DNA from: the human T2T-CHM13v2.0 reference genome, Homo sapiens
Assembly (NCBI RefSeq): GCF_009914755.1
Contig: NC_060941.1
DNA length: 64,000 nt
Reading direction: 5' to 3' (one strand)
Numbering within the stretch: the first letter of the stretch is position 1; every line of letters starts with the position of its first letter. Of the stretch, positions 1 to 23,570 are shown piece after piece. The position numbers and the translations under genes were made by a program. Below the pieces are notes generated by a model that had not been told where the DNA came from, searched no databases, and was given only the letters and a program-made list of their open reading frames with translations.

Positions 1-29
1 GCACCCAACACGGAACTTGAAGGAAGTAA

Positions 30-464
<435 letters not shown>

Positions 465-489
465 CCTATATTTCATTTTCTTACATTTT

Positions 490-880
490 TCCACCGTTTA
501 GCAGTAGGTATTTAATATTTGGTGTGCACACGCCATTGCTCCTAATGGCTACGTAGTGCTCCCTGCTGTGTTATCTACTACATTTTAGTTCTCCGTTTTC
601 CCCGTGGTGGACCCTGGCACTGCCTCCAGCTGTCTCCCGCAAGCAATGCCACTACAAACACCCTAGGACATGTCGCCTTATGGACAGGTGGAAGAATTCC
701 TTGATCTATACACCCAGGAGCAGAATTGCTGGGTCGTAGGGTATCTGGATTCTTAATTTGACTGAGTAATTCCAAATAACTTTCCCAAAGGCTGCATCAG
801 TCTCTGTCCTGCCGGTACCCGCTCCTCTCAGTCAATCCTTGGTGTTATCCAGTCTTCTGCCTCCTTCACTATCTGCCTGA
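490..880 (-). mobile_element. Old L1M fragment
   Basis: atatacacccaggagcagaattgctgggtcgtaggg L1 3' region similarity. Confidence 0.55.
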
Positions 881-1013
881 CCCCTGTAGGCCTTCTTGTT
901 TGCAATCCCTGTGCTTGGTGCTATGGGAACTGAAGAAGAATATGAAACAGTCCTTCCTCTCAAAGAAATGCTAGAAGTTTGTGATACAGCCAGGGAGGGT
1001 TGAGAAGAGCCTA

Positions 1014-1351
<338 letters not shown>

Positions 1352-1537
1352 CTATGGGTAGAAAAGACACCAGAGGACAGAACTTGTTGGGACTTAACTA
1401 CCCTTCACCTTGACGCCAGCCTCTCATTTCTGGGCAATGTTATATTGACTGGACTCCTACGCCACCCTTTCTCCTCCTTACAGAGAGAGAGAGTGAAGCC
1501 TGTTAAGACACTGTGGGAGTCCCTTGGGTTTGCTCAC

Positions 1538-1780
1538 CTTGTTCTCTGTGGCATGCTTCTCCTTTTCAACTTTCGTCAAGGTCAGCTCCAGGTCATCAAT
1601 GTCTCTCTTGAGAGAGGAGCATTTATCTTCCAGATTCCTCTTCTTGGCAACCAATTCAGAATTCATCTCCTCTTCCTCTTCCAATCTCTCCGTCAGCTCC
1701 TTGACTTTTGCTTCCAGTAGGATCTTGCTTTTGATGAGTCCTTCACACCGTTCCTCAGCGTCCATCAGATTTTCTGTTTC
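1538..1780 (-). CDS. MYH13: MYH13 exon 23 ([10 protein letters not shown]...HATENK, S2 coiled coil)
   Basis: 243 nt, AG/GT. Confidence 0.97.
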
Positions 1781-1968
1781 CTGAAAGAACCAGGTCATTT
1801 TATGTTTTGATTGGCCTCTTTGAAAATGCTACAAAGAAAGGGTATCACCCTCTAAAAGCTTATTATCTACACCTAAGCCAAGAAATGGGTCATGCACACA
1901 CATGCATGCACATGTGCACACACTGCACACACACGTGTACATAAACTTAGATATCACCCATAAACACA

Positions 1969-4283
<2,315 letters not shown>

Positions 4284-4462
4284 ATACTGCCCCATTTCTT
4301 TGATAAAACTATGTATCTTTAAAGCACTTTTTTTTTTTGAGATCGGGGTCTCACTGTGTTGCCCAGGCTGGAGTGCAGTGGCATGTTCTCAGCTCACTGC
4401 AACCTCGACTACCTGGGCTCAGGTGATCCTCCCACCTCAGCCTTCTGAGTATCTTGGACTAG

Positions 4463-4988
<526 letters not shown>

Positions 4989-5380
4989 TAATATATAGAA
5001 AATTACTCTTGCTACTTTGAATTGGGTTATTTAATTTTGATTATTTTTATTTTTATTGATTTTTAAAAGCTGTGGTGCATATACATATGACACATATATA
5101 TCCCTCATGCCCACAGCAAAATATATCTAACTCTGCGATGACGGGGAGAAATCAGGGAGAGCACAAATTCTCTTTGCAGACATAATTTCCGGCATTCACT
5201 GCTTTGCTAAGCCCGGGACCAGGCATCCTTTTACGAGCAAGGTGGTGCTGCAATACTCCACATGACCACTGGGTGGCACCACTGTCTCTCGAATAGACAC
5301 CTGATGGCGCCCTCAATGTTCCTCCCCCTTTTCTGTCCTCCAGAGTCTGTGTTTTGCGTTCTCAAGTAGAAGGTACTTAC

Positions 5381-5636
5381 AGACTGGACCTGCAATTGGA
5401 GGTCATTCTTCTCCTGCAGGAGGGAGACCATTTTCTCCTCCAGCTCCTTCCGGCGAGCCTCAGATCGGGCCAGTTCTTCCTTGGTCCTCTCAAAGTCTTC
5501 CTTCATGGTGGCCATCTCCTTCTCGGCCTCTGCACTCTTCAGCAGGGGCTTGATTTTGAAGAACAGGTTCATCCAGGGCCAGTGCTTGACGTTCATAAAA
5601 GAGCGGATGTTGTACTGGATGCAGAAGATGGAGTCC
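5381..5636 (-). CDS. MYH13: MYH13 exon 22 ([13 protein letters not shown]...LQLQVQS, neck/S2 start)
   Basis: 256 nt, WPW motif and head-rod proline KIKPLL. Confidence 0.97.
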
Positions 5637-6043
5637 CTGTACACCCATTAGGACTCAAATTAATAAATCCAGCAAGGTCTGGTCTCTGCACCCCCCACCT
5701 GTCCCCGACGGACCCCATCCTCCGTCTTTCTCGGTTAGGTGGGAAGGAGGTGCAGCCAAGCTTGGCAGATCCTCTGGATCCAGAGTAGGTCTGCAAATGA
5801 GGGGCAGAGGAAACAGAGGTACGTGCACAGGTTGGAAGGTAGGAGAGGGCGTGGAGCTACCTGCGGGCTCCTGGTCACCTGGCTGCCCTTCCCACCACCC
5901 TACTGAGAGTGCCCTGCCTGAGGGCGTCCGTGACCTCCTAATGCTCAATGCAAGGAATAGCTTTCATTCCTATTCTATTGGGTCTTTCTCCCATGTTTGA
6001 TGTATTAATCAGCTCTTAACTTTTGAAACTTTCTCTGCCTTAA

Positions 6044-6536
<493 letters not shown>

Positions 6537-7041
6537 TGATCTCCTCCCCTTCACCCTCCACAGCTTTATATTTACATAGCTTATGGATTCCTGAACACTG
6601 GCTTCTCTTTCCCTTCTTGAGATTCTTTTCATCTCCGTGCTGGCTTCCATGTGCTTCACCAAGCTCGATGCCTGGGAGTGATTCCTGACGCATACATGGT
6701 GGCGGTTCATTATGGCTCTGACAGTTAGAGCCACACAGGGGATCAGGGAACCAGGGAGAACAGGCTCCCTCCCACACTCCCCTCTCCCTCCAATCCCTGC
6801 AGGTGACTAGTCATCAATGCTGCTATTCCTTCTCTTGAATTATCAAAGGAAAAAGACTTAAACATTCCTTTAATCCATGCCCTCCTCTCTCACCCATCAA
6901 CTATGTCCTACTTCAGGTCCTTGTCATCCCTTACTTGGACTTCTACCACACTGTGGCCTTGCCCCGTCATAGCCTTTGTGTTCACTCTCCTAGCTGCCAG
7001 AGTGATGCAATCCTACCCCTTGTCTCTGCACACACCTTCTA

Positions 7042-7580
<539 letters not shown>

Positions 7581-7899
7581 CTAATCAGGCTGGGGGCTTA
7601 TTCTTGCCAGTTCCCTATCCCCCGACTATAACTCGAACATTGAGCTTGTCACAGGCATTAAAACCAGCCATACATGCGTCTGCTTCCCACTCCTTTGTGA
7701 CCCTGTGAGGGAGGGTTCATTTCTGTCTCCCCAGCGCCATGCAGAGCACCCAGCCCAGGATTGCCGCTCAGTAGATGTGGGTTAAACAAATGAAGGAAAG
7801 AGAGCAAGCACATGGAAATCCCAAGACTAAAAGCAGGAAGTGACAATCAGCTGCTAAGCAGAGAGGGCAGGATAAGGTGGAGGTGAGGGTCTGTGTCAC

Positions 7900-8036
7900 C
7901 TCCTCTCCATCATCTTCTTGAACTCCACCCGCATCAGGTACCCCCTGCACACCGCCTGCGTGCTTGTCATCAGCGTCACCAGCTTCTCATCTCTCATCTC
8001 CTCCAAAAGTCCCAGGAGCCCAGCTTTGAAAAACAC
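7900..8036 (-). CDS. MYH13: MYH13 exon 21 (VFFKAGLLG...KKMMERR, IQ)
   Basis: 137 nt, donor GAG|GTGACA. Confidence 0.96.
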
Positions 8037-8249
8037 CTGCATTAAAAGACAGAGGAGCCTTGATCTTTTTCCCCAGCAGGCGTTCAGCCGGGCCCTTGAG
8101 GGGGCCTGTTTCTGCTCAACTCTGAGGCTCAACTCTCAGAGCACGGCAGGGGCAGCAATTCTGTTTCCAGGACTTGCTTCTCGGTGGCTCTGGTCTCCTC
8201 AGTGGCTCCTCCTGGGCAGTGAGGCAGCCTGGTCCAGAGTCTGTTCCAA

Positions 8250-8693
<444 letters not shown>

Positions 8694-9611
8694 TCACAGA
8701 TGCGTTGGCTTCACCCTCTTCTTCTGTCCATCTGGGAAGGTTGGTCCCACGCTCAGGCCCACTTTGCCCACTCCCTCCATAACATTCCAGGGAAACTAAG
8801 CACCCTCTGGGGCCAGCAGGCTCTTCCTTGCTGGAGACCCCCAGCCTGCCCGTTTCTGAGATGTGGATCTTTGGAGGCAGGCCAGGATTTGAAGCTGACC
8901 TTTGCCACTTACTATCTATCCATGTGTGACCTTGAGTAAGTTTCTCGACCTCCCAAGAACCTGATGAGTAAGTGCCACCCTTATCACCATCACTCCCACC
9001 TCGCTGGTTAGTGAGGAGTCAGTGAAGTACGTGCAGGAGGCTTCTCACAGGGCTGATACTCACGTGCTCAATAAATGGCAGCTAGTTTGTCTTTGTTTTT
9101 GTTTTTTTGAGACAGGGCTTCACTTTGTTGCCCAGGCTGGAGTGCAGTAGTATGATCAATCGCACTGCAGCCTCCATCTCCTGGCCTCAAGAAATCCTAC
9201 TTCAGCCTCCCAAAAGCATGGGATTAAAGGCATGAACCACTGCGCCCCGCTTGGTAGCTGATTTTATTGTTTATAGTCATTCTCCTCAAGGCCTCAGTGT
9301 CCCTGGAGTCCTCTCTATGTTCTCCTCTCTCTTCAGCTCTTTCTTACCTCTGGGACACTAGAGTTCCCCATTGGCTTTTCCTATCCTTGCTGCATGGTGG
9401 GGCTCAGGCTTCCAATCTAAGCTTTCAGCCACTTACAAACCAACAGGGAGACAAGCTCTGTCTACCTAGACACAGAGCTCCCCTTACCTGGGCGACTGGG
9501 CAAGGACGGTCAGGTGGACCAAAAGGAGAAGGGGACCCTTTTTCTGATCAGCTAACAAGCAGCCCAGGGCTGTGGGGTTACTAGGGGAGTCCCAGCCTTG
9601 CCTGTGCTCAC

Positions 9612-9735
9612 CTTGGTGTTGCCGAACCTGAACTGCTCCCGGTCCACATCGATGGAGTTGAGGAGCTTCTCTGAGGCATTTTTGCTGTCAATGAACTGCC
9701 CTTCAGGGATAGCACTGGCATTGAGGATCCGGTAC
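9612..9735 (-). CDS. MYH13: MYH13 exon 20 ([14 protein letters not shown]...FGNTK, converter)
   Basis: 124 nt, AG/GT. Confidence 0.97.
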
Positions 9736-10171
9736 CTAAGGAGAGAGGACATTTCCCAAATGGATTCCAATCCCCGAAAGGCTTCATAGCTGAGACAAGC
9801 CTTCTAGAATCTTCTCCTGCTCAAGCCTTAGGAGGAAGTGGAATACTGTACAGCTGGTCTGGGAGATGGGAATAGCTAGGGACTGATTCTAGCAAGGGGG
9901 CTTGAATCAGCCCCCTTGGGAGAGAAGCAAGGTGGGTGGGAGAGAAGCATGAAAGAAGGGAGCCCAGCTGAGTGCATGGCGGGAAGTTTGCTTTCAGAGG
10001 AAATGGTTCTTCTCTGGCTTAAAAGAGGCCTTGAAATCAACCGTGACCTGTAGGCCGTGGTTCTCCTACTTCTGGAAGGTCCTCTCCTGTCCTCCATCCT
10101 GGACAAGGCCCGGACTTGTGCAACCCAATGGTGGCTCAGAGGAGAGAGTTAGTCTAGAGCTGCGGGCCTCA

Positions 10172-10365
10172 GCTGGGTGTGATTTGGCAATGTCTAGAGA
10201 GTTTTGATTGTCACAGCTCAGTGGGGAGGGGTGTGGTTTGCTACCACATCTCTTGAGTAGAGGGCAGGGTTACTGCTAAAATCCTCCCACACCCAGCACA
10301 GCCTCCACAATAAAGGATGATCTAGCCTGAGTGTCCATAGTACAGAAGTTGAGACATCCTGGTCT
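10172..10365. mobile_element. MER20 DNA transposon
   Basis: tttggcaatgtctagagagttttgattgtcaca...gttgagacatcctg. Confidence 0.65.
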
Positions 10366-10586
10366 AGAGTCACAATCAGGCTAGAGGGTCTGGGATCTGA
10401 ATTTGGAACCACTTGGGCTGGCCCACTCACTGTGGGCATGGGATCAGTTCCTCTAGCAAGAGATGAAGTCTGTGGAAACTCTGGGGGACTTGGGAGCTCA
10501 CCAAATACCCAGGTCAAGAAATGTCTTAGGGAAATGCAAAAGGTGCCCTCGGAAGGAGAGAGATGCACAGGAGAGAGGGAACCTAC

Positions 10587-10704
10587 CGCTGCTTGAAGTC
10601 AGCATAGAGGATCCGGCTGGGGAATCCCTTCCTGCAAATCCGGATGCCCTCGAGGACCCCATTACAGCGCAGCTGGTGCATGACCAAGTAGTGGTCCATC
10701 ACAC
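10587..10704 (-). CDS. MYH13: MYH13 exon 19 ([29 protein letters not shown]...FKQR)
   Basis: 118 nt, SH1/SH2 helix, AG/GT. Confidence 0.97.
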
Positions 10705-10863
10705 CTGGAGAGAGAACGTCCCGGGGGTGTGCCTGTGACCCCTTCATTTGTTGTTGATGGTCTGAGGCACCATGAGACCCTCCAACACATCCACACTTGA
10801 GTGGGAGAGTCAGTGAGTGGGAGAGTCAGTGCCAGCTCCAAGGTAGAGGGCTGGGGGTGGCTA

Positions 10864-11271
<408 letters not shown>

Positions 11272-11859
11272 TTAGCCAGATGTGGTGGCACACACTTGTA
11301 ATCCCAGCTACTTGGGAGGCTGAGGCAGCAGAATCACTTGAACACAGGAGGCGGGGGTTGCAGTGAGCTGAGATTGAGCCACTGCACTCCAGTCTAGGCA
11401 AGAAGAGTGAAACTGCACCTCAAAAAAAAAAAAAGAAGAGGCCGTGGGAGGGGACCCAGAAGGGGGTTGAAGGTAGGGCGGCGGTCATCTGCTGACCACT
11501 CAGCCCCTGCTATAGGAATTGGGGGAGAAATGGAGCTTGGCTGGAAGGAGAGGAGCTAGAGGGGCAAGCCCCTTTGGGGAGGTAATGTGGGTGCTCGTGG
11601 TAACCAGCCTGGGTCAGGCACAAATCAAACTAGGATGGAGAAAATTCTGTCTCAGGTCTGCGTGAGGGGTTAGAGGACAGGGGCTACGGCAACCTGATGG
11701 CTTCTCTTTGTGGGCTCCCTAAGTTGCCGGGGTGGGAGTGGTGCGGCCAAGGCTGGCTTTGACTTAACCTTAGGGAAGCTTCTAGAATGCCCACGTGGTT
11801 CCCTGGTAGCTGTGGGGAGACATCACTATACAATTAGATGATTTTTAAGGCTTTGGTAG

Positions 11860-12058
11860 AGCTGCACTGTCAGATACCGTAGTGACCAGCCACATGTGGC
11901 TATTTACATTTAAATTCATTAAAATTAAAAATTAATTAACATTTTAAAACTTTTCATGTAAATGTAAACATTTCATGTAACGGTGGCCACCCTATTGAAC
12001 AGTGCAGACATGGGGCATTTAATCATTTCTGAAAGTCCTATCAGGTGGTGATTCTCTA
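11860..12058. mobile_element. MER3/MER33-like hAT MITE
   Basis: agccacatgtggctattt...aaattaaaa motif. Confidence 0.55.
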
Positions 12059-12602
12059 GAGAAAACATGGTTGAGAGCAAGGAGAAAATGTCTCAGACAT
12101 TCAGAGAACTGGCCAGGTGCAGTGGCTCATGCCTGTAATCACCGCACTTGGGAGGTCGAGGTGGGTGGATCACCTGAGGTCAGGAGTTCAAGACCAGCCT
12201 GGCCAACATGGTGAAACTCCATCTCTACTAAAAATACAAAAATTAGCCGGGCGTGGTGGCAGGTGCCTGTAGTCTCAGCTACTCGGGAGGCTGCGTCAAG
12301 AGAATCGCTTGAACCCAGGAGGCGGAGGTTGCAGTGAGCCGAGATTGTGCCACTGCACTCCAACCTGGGTGACAGAGCAAGACTCAGTCTCAAATAAATA
12401 AATAAATAAATAAATACAATAATTAAAAAATTCATAGAACCGCCGATGTGGAGAGAACCTTAGCAATGGTCTAATTCGACTCCCATGAGCTCTCAGATGA
12501 TGATTCTGAGTGGTTAAGATCCCAGCTATGCTGTTTACTAGCTTCGCGGACTTGGCCTGTCTCTGCCTCAATTTCTTTATTTGTAAAATAAGGATAATAA
12601 TG

Positions 12603-13371
<769 letters not shown>

Positions 13372-13941
13372 TTAAGCACCGGGAGCAGAGAGAAAAAGGC
13401 ATAGTTACAAGAGAATTGAAGCTTCTAGAGCCAGAAGAAAGCTGAAAGGACCATCATTTTACAGTGGGGAGGCCAGAGATGCCACCATGCTTGCCAGGCT
13501 GTCCATCCTGTTAGGGGTCGTGTCCGACTTGGACTGGGAGATCTTTTCTAATTCCCGCAGAGGCATCCTATGGGGTGGCGGGGCACTGGGGGAGACTGAG
13601 GCCCAGAGAGGTGAAGGGCTTTGCAAAGCTGTAGCAGAGCCGAGACGCCACTCTTCTCTCTCACAGGGCCCCTCTGGTTTGTGCAGACTCAGAATCCTGA
13701 GCTGAGTTCTCTTAGGGCTTGCTTTGTTTTTCCTTAAACCCGGCCTGAGATGTTTTCTATCAGGTCCACGTAAAGGGCCTCCTTTGCTTTTGTACCAATG
13801 CGTAAAACTTCTAAAAATTCCCCTGAGCTATTCTCTCATCCTTCTGCTCCAGCCGCTGAAGGGTTTTTCCTCTTTATTTCTCCAAGTGTATCACTTCCAT
13901 CCCACTCCTTTCTCCAGCCATCTTGGCCTCTGTGGGCAGTG

Positions 13942-14803
<862 letters not shown>

Positions 14804-15283
14804 ACAGCAGCAAGCCAGCTTTTGGTGAGTCAGCAGCACAGACTTAGCAGGCTCCAGGTTTGCTGCAAGAGGAGAACGAGAGGAGTAGAGGCTGGAGCCT
14901 GCTCCCGAGGGGCCCTTGTTCAGCAGGCGAGCAGAGGACCTGTGCCCATGAAGCCCTAGAGGATTCAGGAGAACAACTAGCAAGCCCCGTATGTGCCTGT
15001 GGGTGGGGAGGGACTTGAGATTTGATCATGGATCGTGACTCCCAGCCCCTGCTCTAGGTGCCCTGGGGTAAGGCATGGAAATCTCCATAGTCTCTAGTCT
15101 TCTAGAAAATAAAGAGGGCACACTAGGTGCTTTCTAAGGTGTCACCAGGCTTCTGTATCAGTGTTGGGCTATTCCCAGAAATTGACATGAAAACAGAGAG
15201 GTAGGTGCCAGAGCTAAGGAGAAGCAAATGCAACAGGAAAGGACAGACATTTCAGCAACATTTACCTTCCCAAAGAAAATGTA

Positions 15284-15707
<424 letters not shown>

Positions 15708-16150
15708 TCAATGACGACAGTAACAGAAATGGATATTTTCCAAGACCTACATACAAGCCAGTGATTTCGTGTGATTCTTAACCAAAGAAACCACTCTTCC
15801 CAACACTGGAGAAGCCGGCTCATTGGTCAGGAGGCTGCAGGATGCCCCAGATAATGCATATCACAATGATGTAGTTGGTTATTGCTTTTGACTTAGACTT
15901 TAGAACCTAACTTTCATGGAAGATGCAGTTTCACTAACTATAACACACCTGGCTATTGGGGATTTAAAGTTTCTAGTTCTGAGTGATAATAATAATAATA
16001 ATAATTAGCATCCAACATTTGCTGGGTGTTCACAATGTGCTCAGCCCTGTTGTAAATGCTTGACTTGCACTTACTCATTGAACCCTCACGACAACCCTCT
16101 AAGGTGGGTTAAATGAGCTAATATTTGCAAAGTGAGTAACCACTTTATGA

Positions 16151-16590
<440 letters not shown>

Positions 16591-16840
16591 TGAACTTTTC
16601 CCCCCCAATCCCCCGACAACGTATACCTCTGTTCACTCATAATGTTGCAGAGGCAGAATGTTTAATCCTGAGCTGGGAGGCCCGTGTTGGGCATAGAACA
16701 GCTCAGCTGGTGAGTTAGCTACCCCATAGCCACAGCTCCGTGTGACAGTTTGTTTTCCTTTTTGTGACAAATGACACTGAAAAAGCTAGACTCCAAGAAT
16801 ATTCGCAAATCAGGATGAAGTGACAGTTAAAGGAGTCCTC

Positions 16841-16908
16841 TATTGCACAGGGTTCTATATTTATATATAGTCTGTATTGCACAGGGTTCTGTATTTATAT
16901 ATAGTCTC
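16841..16908. repeat. 2 x 34-bp tandem duplication
   Basis: tattgcacagggttctRtatttatatatagtctS twice. Confidence 0.9.
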
Positions 16909-17186
16909 TGATTCTCAGTTTTCTCATTTATAAACTGGAGATCAATACGCGTATCTTGCAGAGAACTGTTGCAAGGATTCGAGGTAATATAACAAAGTGA
17001 TTGACATGCAGTATGGCTTCAAACAGTTGTTATTGATGCTATTTTGATTATGGGATACCCAAGATGATTATTTGCCAAATGTAGTGGTATTTAACTTTGG
17101 GGTAAACAGAGCCTTTATCTTATGAAAGCTGTGGCTCTGATGTGCCTATATACATACACACAATATTTTGAATATGATTTCATAGT

Positions 17187-17536
17187 AGGGGTGCCAGATA
17201 AGATACAGATGCCCTGCTGAATGTGAATTTCAGATAAACAATGAATACTTTTTTAGAGGAAGTATATTCCAAATATTGCATAGGTCACACTTAGACATTT
17301 TTCATTGTTTAACTGAAATTGAAATTTAATAACATTTAATATGGCATTTGGTTTTTAGCATTTTTGTGGTTACATAATAGTTGAACATATTTATGGGGTA
17401 CACATGATATTTTGATACAAGCGTGAAATGTGCAAAGATCATATCTGCATAATTGGGATATCTGTCACCTCAAACATTTATCATTTCTTTGTGTTGGGTA
17501 CATCCGGTATTTTTATCTGCTAAATCTGGCAACCCT
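17187..17536. mobile_element. MER53-like palindromic hAT MITE split by an L1 3'-end fragment (~17340-17498)
   Basis: TIRs aggggtgccagata / aatctggcaaccct; internal L1M-type tttatggggtacacatgatattttgataca. Confidence 0.65.
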
Positions 17537-17664
17537 ATTTCAGAGACTACTTTCAGAAGTGATACAGACCATCACTCTTTCCAAACGCACACCCACAGAA
17601 TTTTGCATTTATCTCAGGGCGTCCTGTTCTGTTCAAATACTTGGCAAGATCTGCTGGTACTCAC

Positions 17665-17752
17665 CAGGAGTCTTGGTCTCATTGGGAATCAGACATCGTA
17701 CAAAGTGAGGGTGGGTGCTCCTTAAGTTAGTCATCAATTTGTTTAAATTTTC
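17665..17752 (-). CDS. MYH13: MYH13 exon 18 ([29 protein letters not shown])
   Basis: 88 nt, AG/GT. Confidence 0.97.
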
Positions 17753-17842
17753 CTGGGACATAAACCAAAACAAGCACATTTAGCAAATGCCATTTCACTG
17801 GGGAGAAAAACAAGTGAATATGGAAGCTGCCAAAACACCAAC

Positions 17843-17916
17843 CCTGAACACGGCCGACACGGTCTGGAAAGAGGAGCCCTTCTTCTTCCCGCCCTTCTTG
17901 CTTCCTCCGGAGTCAC
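17843..17916 (-). CDS. MYH13: MYH13 exon 17 (loop 2: GDSGGSKKGGKKKGSSFQTVSAVFR)
   Basis: 74 nt, donor AGG|GTTGGT. Confidence 0.95.
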
Positions 17917-17945
17917 CTGGAGACAGACACAGAAGAGCGTGTTAG

Positions 17946-19874
<1,929 letters not shown>

Positions 19875-20328
19875 CCTGTGTAACCACTCTGGAAAAGAGT
19901 TCAGAAGTTACTCAAAATTTTGAACACAGTTATCATATGACCCAGCAACTCTACTCCTAGGTACCGTATATATATACCGTGTATACCCAAAAGAATTGCC
20001 AATATATGTTCACATATAAACTTCTATACAAATGTTCATAGCAACATCATGCACAGTAGCCAAAAAGTTCATCGGCTGATGAATGTGCAGACAAAATGTG
20101 ATATATTCATACAATGAACTATTATTTGTCCATAAGAAAGAACAAAGTCCTGATACATGCTACAACAGGGCCAGACCTTGAGAACAGTAACCTGAGAGAA
20201 AGAAGCCAGACACAAAAGAGCATCCAGTATATAATTCCATTCACATGAAATGCCCAGATAGGCAAATCTACAGGGACAGAAAGTTGATGAGTGGTTGCCA
20301 GAGGCTAGGGATAGAAATCTGCTCATGG

Positions 20329-20710
<382 letters not shown>

Positions 20711-20714
20711 CTAA

Positions 20715-21010
20715 ATTTTTTTTTTTTTAATAGAGTCTCACTCTGTCACCCAGGCTGGAGGGCAGTGATGCAAACTCCATTCACTGTAACCTCTGCTTCC
20801 TAGGTTAAAGCAATTCTCCGGCCTCAGCTGCCTGAGTATCTGGGACTACAGGTGTGTGCCACCACACTCGGCTAATTTTTGTATTTTTAGTAGAGACGGG
20901 GTTTCACCATGTTGGCCAGGCTGGTCTCAAACTCCTGACCTCAAGTGATCGGCCCCCGCCTTGGCCTCCCAAAGAGCTGGGATTACAGGCCTGAGCCACC
21001 ATGCCTGGCC
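20715..21010 (-). mobile_element. AluS
   Basis: TSD aaaaccactaaat. Confidence 0.85.
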
Positions 21011-21310
21011 AAAACCACTAAATAGATTTAAGGGTGAATTTTATTATATGTGAATTATACCTCAGTAGAAAACTATTAAACAATGTGATGTTGACTATCT
21101 TGGCCACTGAGAGGTCCTGTTTACCTCCATAGAGCCCAGTCTCTTACAGAAGAGGAAGAATAAGAGCAGGAGGAAGAAAAATGGAGCTGAAAGAGAAACA
21201 TCATACTCAGCTGAAGCTCATGTCTGATTACTGGTTCTTCACAAGCAGCTCTGGGTTAGGAGTCATTACATAGAACGTCCCACAGAGGGAAAGAAATGAT
21301 AGAATTTTAC

Positions 21311-21620
21311 CTGTCTCTGCACCAGCATAGTTGGAAAAAAGGAAGGAGAGAAGCTTCAGCGAAGACTTCTGGTACAGCCCCACCACAGTCTCGTTCAGGG
21401 GGTCCTTGTTTTTGTCCAGCCAGCCGGCGATGTTGTAGTCCACGGTGCCGGCATAGTGCACCAGCGAGAAGTGAGCCTCAGCCTTGCCTTTGGCAGGCTT
21501 GGGCTTCTGGAAGTTGTTGGATTTTCCAAGATGCTGGTCATACAGCTTGTTCTTGAAGGAGGTGTCTGTTGCCTTGGGGAACATGCACTCCTCTTCCAGG
21601 ATGGAGAAGATGCCCATAGG
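21311..21620 (-). CDS. MYH13: MYH13 exon 16 ([16 protein letters not shown]...NYAGAET)
   Basis: 310 nt, AG/GT. Confidence 0.97.
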
Positions 21621-22225
21621 CTGGAAAGAGGATAACAGAGTCTACATATAATAGTGCATACCCATGCTTCATGGTCTGGAGAAGCCAAAAAACCTTCTTT
21701 GGTGCTTTCACTCTGGTACCAGGAATGCTGGCATGTATGCTCGGTGAGAGCAAGACTCTTGGTCTGTTTGGGGGATGACCAGAAAGTGCTAGGCATAGAG
21801 TATGTGCTTAATTAATATTTGCTGAACAAAAGAATATAGGATAAAATTATGTGTGTATAAACCTAGCATACTTTTTTCAATAGGTGTACAAAAAAGTAAA
21901 GTTTCATATATAGCCATAAAGTAATGTGAGTAATATTTTGAACAATAATGTCCCAATTTCTCAGTAGCCACCTTAGGAAGATATACTCATTCCAACATGA
22001 GCAGTGCTCAAATATTATGGGAATTCCTTTTTAAAAAGTTAATGTCGGCCGGGCGTGGTGGTTCACGTCTGTAATCCCAGTACTTTGGGAGGCTGAGGTG
22101 GGTGGATCACAAGGTCAGGAGTTTGAGACCAGCCTGGCCAACATGGTGAAACCCCGTCTCTACAAAAAAAAGAAAAAAAAAATTATCTGGGCGTGGTGGC
22201 GGGCACCTGTAGTCCCAACTATTCA

Positions 22226-22354
<129 letters not shown>

Positions 22355-22586
22355 TTAATATCTATTCCTGTTTTCATATTAACATCCCTCCAAGAGCCAC
22401 ACTGCTCCATGGTTCCGCCTCCTTGGGTCTTTGGGTAAGTCAAATAGGTAAGAAATGCCACAGTCCTTACTGGGGTTCCATCACATTCTTGGAGATAACT
22501 GAGCCCTTGGATTTTAATGACCCGTAAACCTCTTTAAGTGTCAGAACAGATTTAGGACATTCATTCTCTTTGCAAATAGGCATTCA

Positions 22587-22892
<306 letters not shown>

Positions 22893-22941
22893 TCAAATAC
22901 CAAAGAATTTGAGTGAGCTTGGAAAATACATTGGAGATTCA

Positions 22942-23139
<198 letters not shown>

Positions 23140-23286
23140 TCACCCACTCAACCCTTGAGTTAGTGTTTCTATGGCTGCATTAAGTTGAAACATATGAAAT
23201 TGACTCGAAAATCAAAAGCTGTTGGCTAGGCGTGGTGGCTCACACCTGTAATCCCAGCACTTTGGGAGGCCAAGGCGGGCGGATCA

Positions 23287-23570
<284 letters not shown>

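Noticed and set aside
1465-1483. Strong plus-strand splice acceptor motifs (also near 19007, 34220, 52672, 56638)
   Set aside because: Could be antisense lncRNA exons, but such motifs arise by chance in 64 kb and I could not pair them into a supported transcript
5354-5788. Plus-strand ORFs overlapping myosin exons (also 1445-1784, 7918-8307)
   Set aside because: Antisense shadows of stop-poor coiled-coil/motor codons; no independent support
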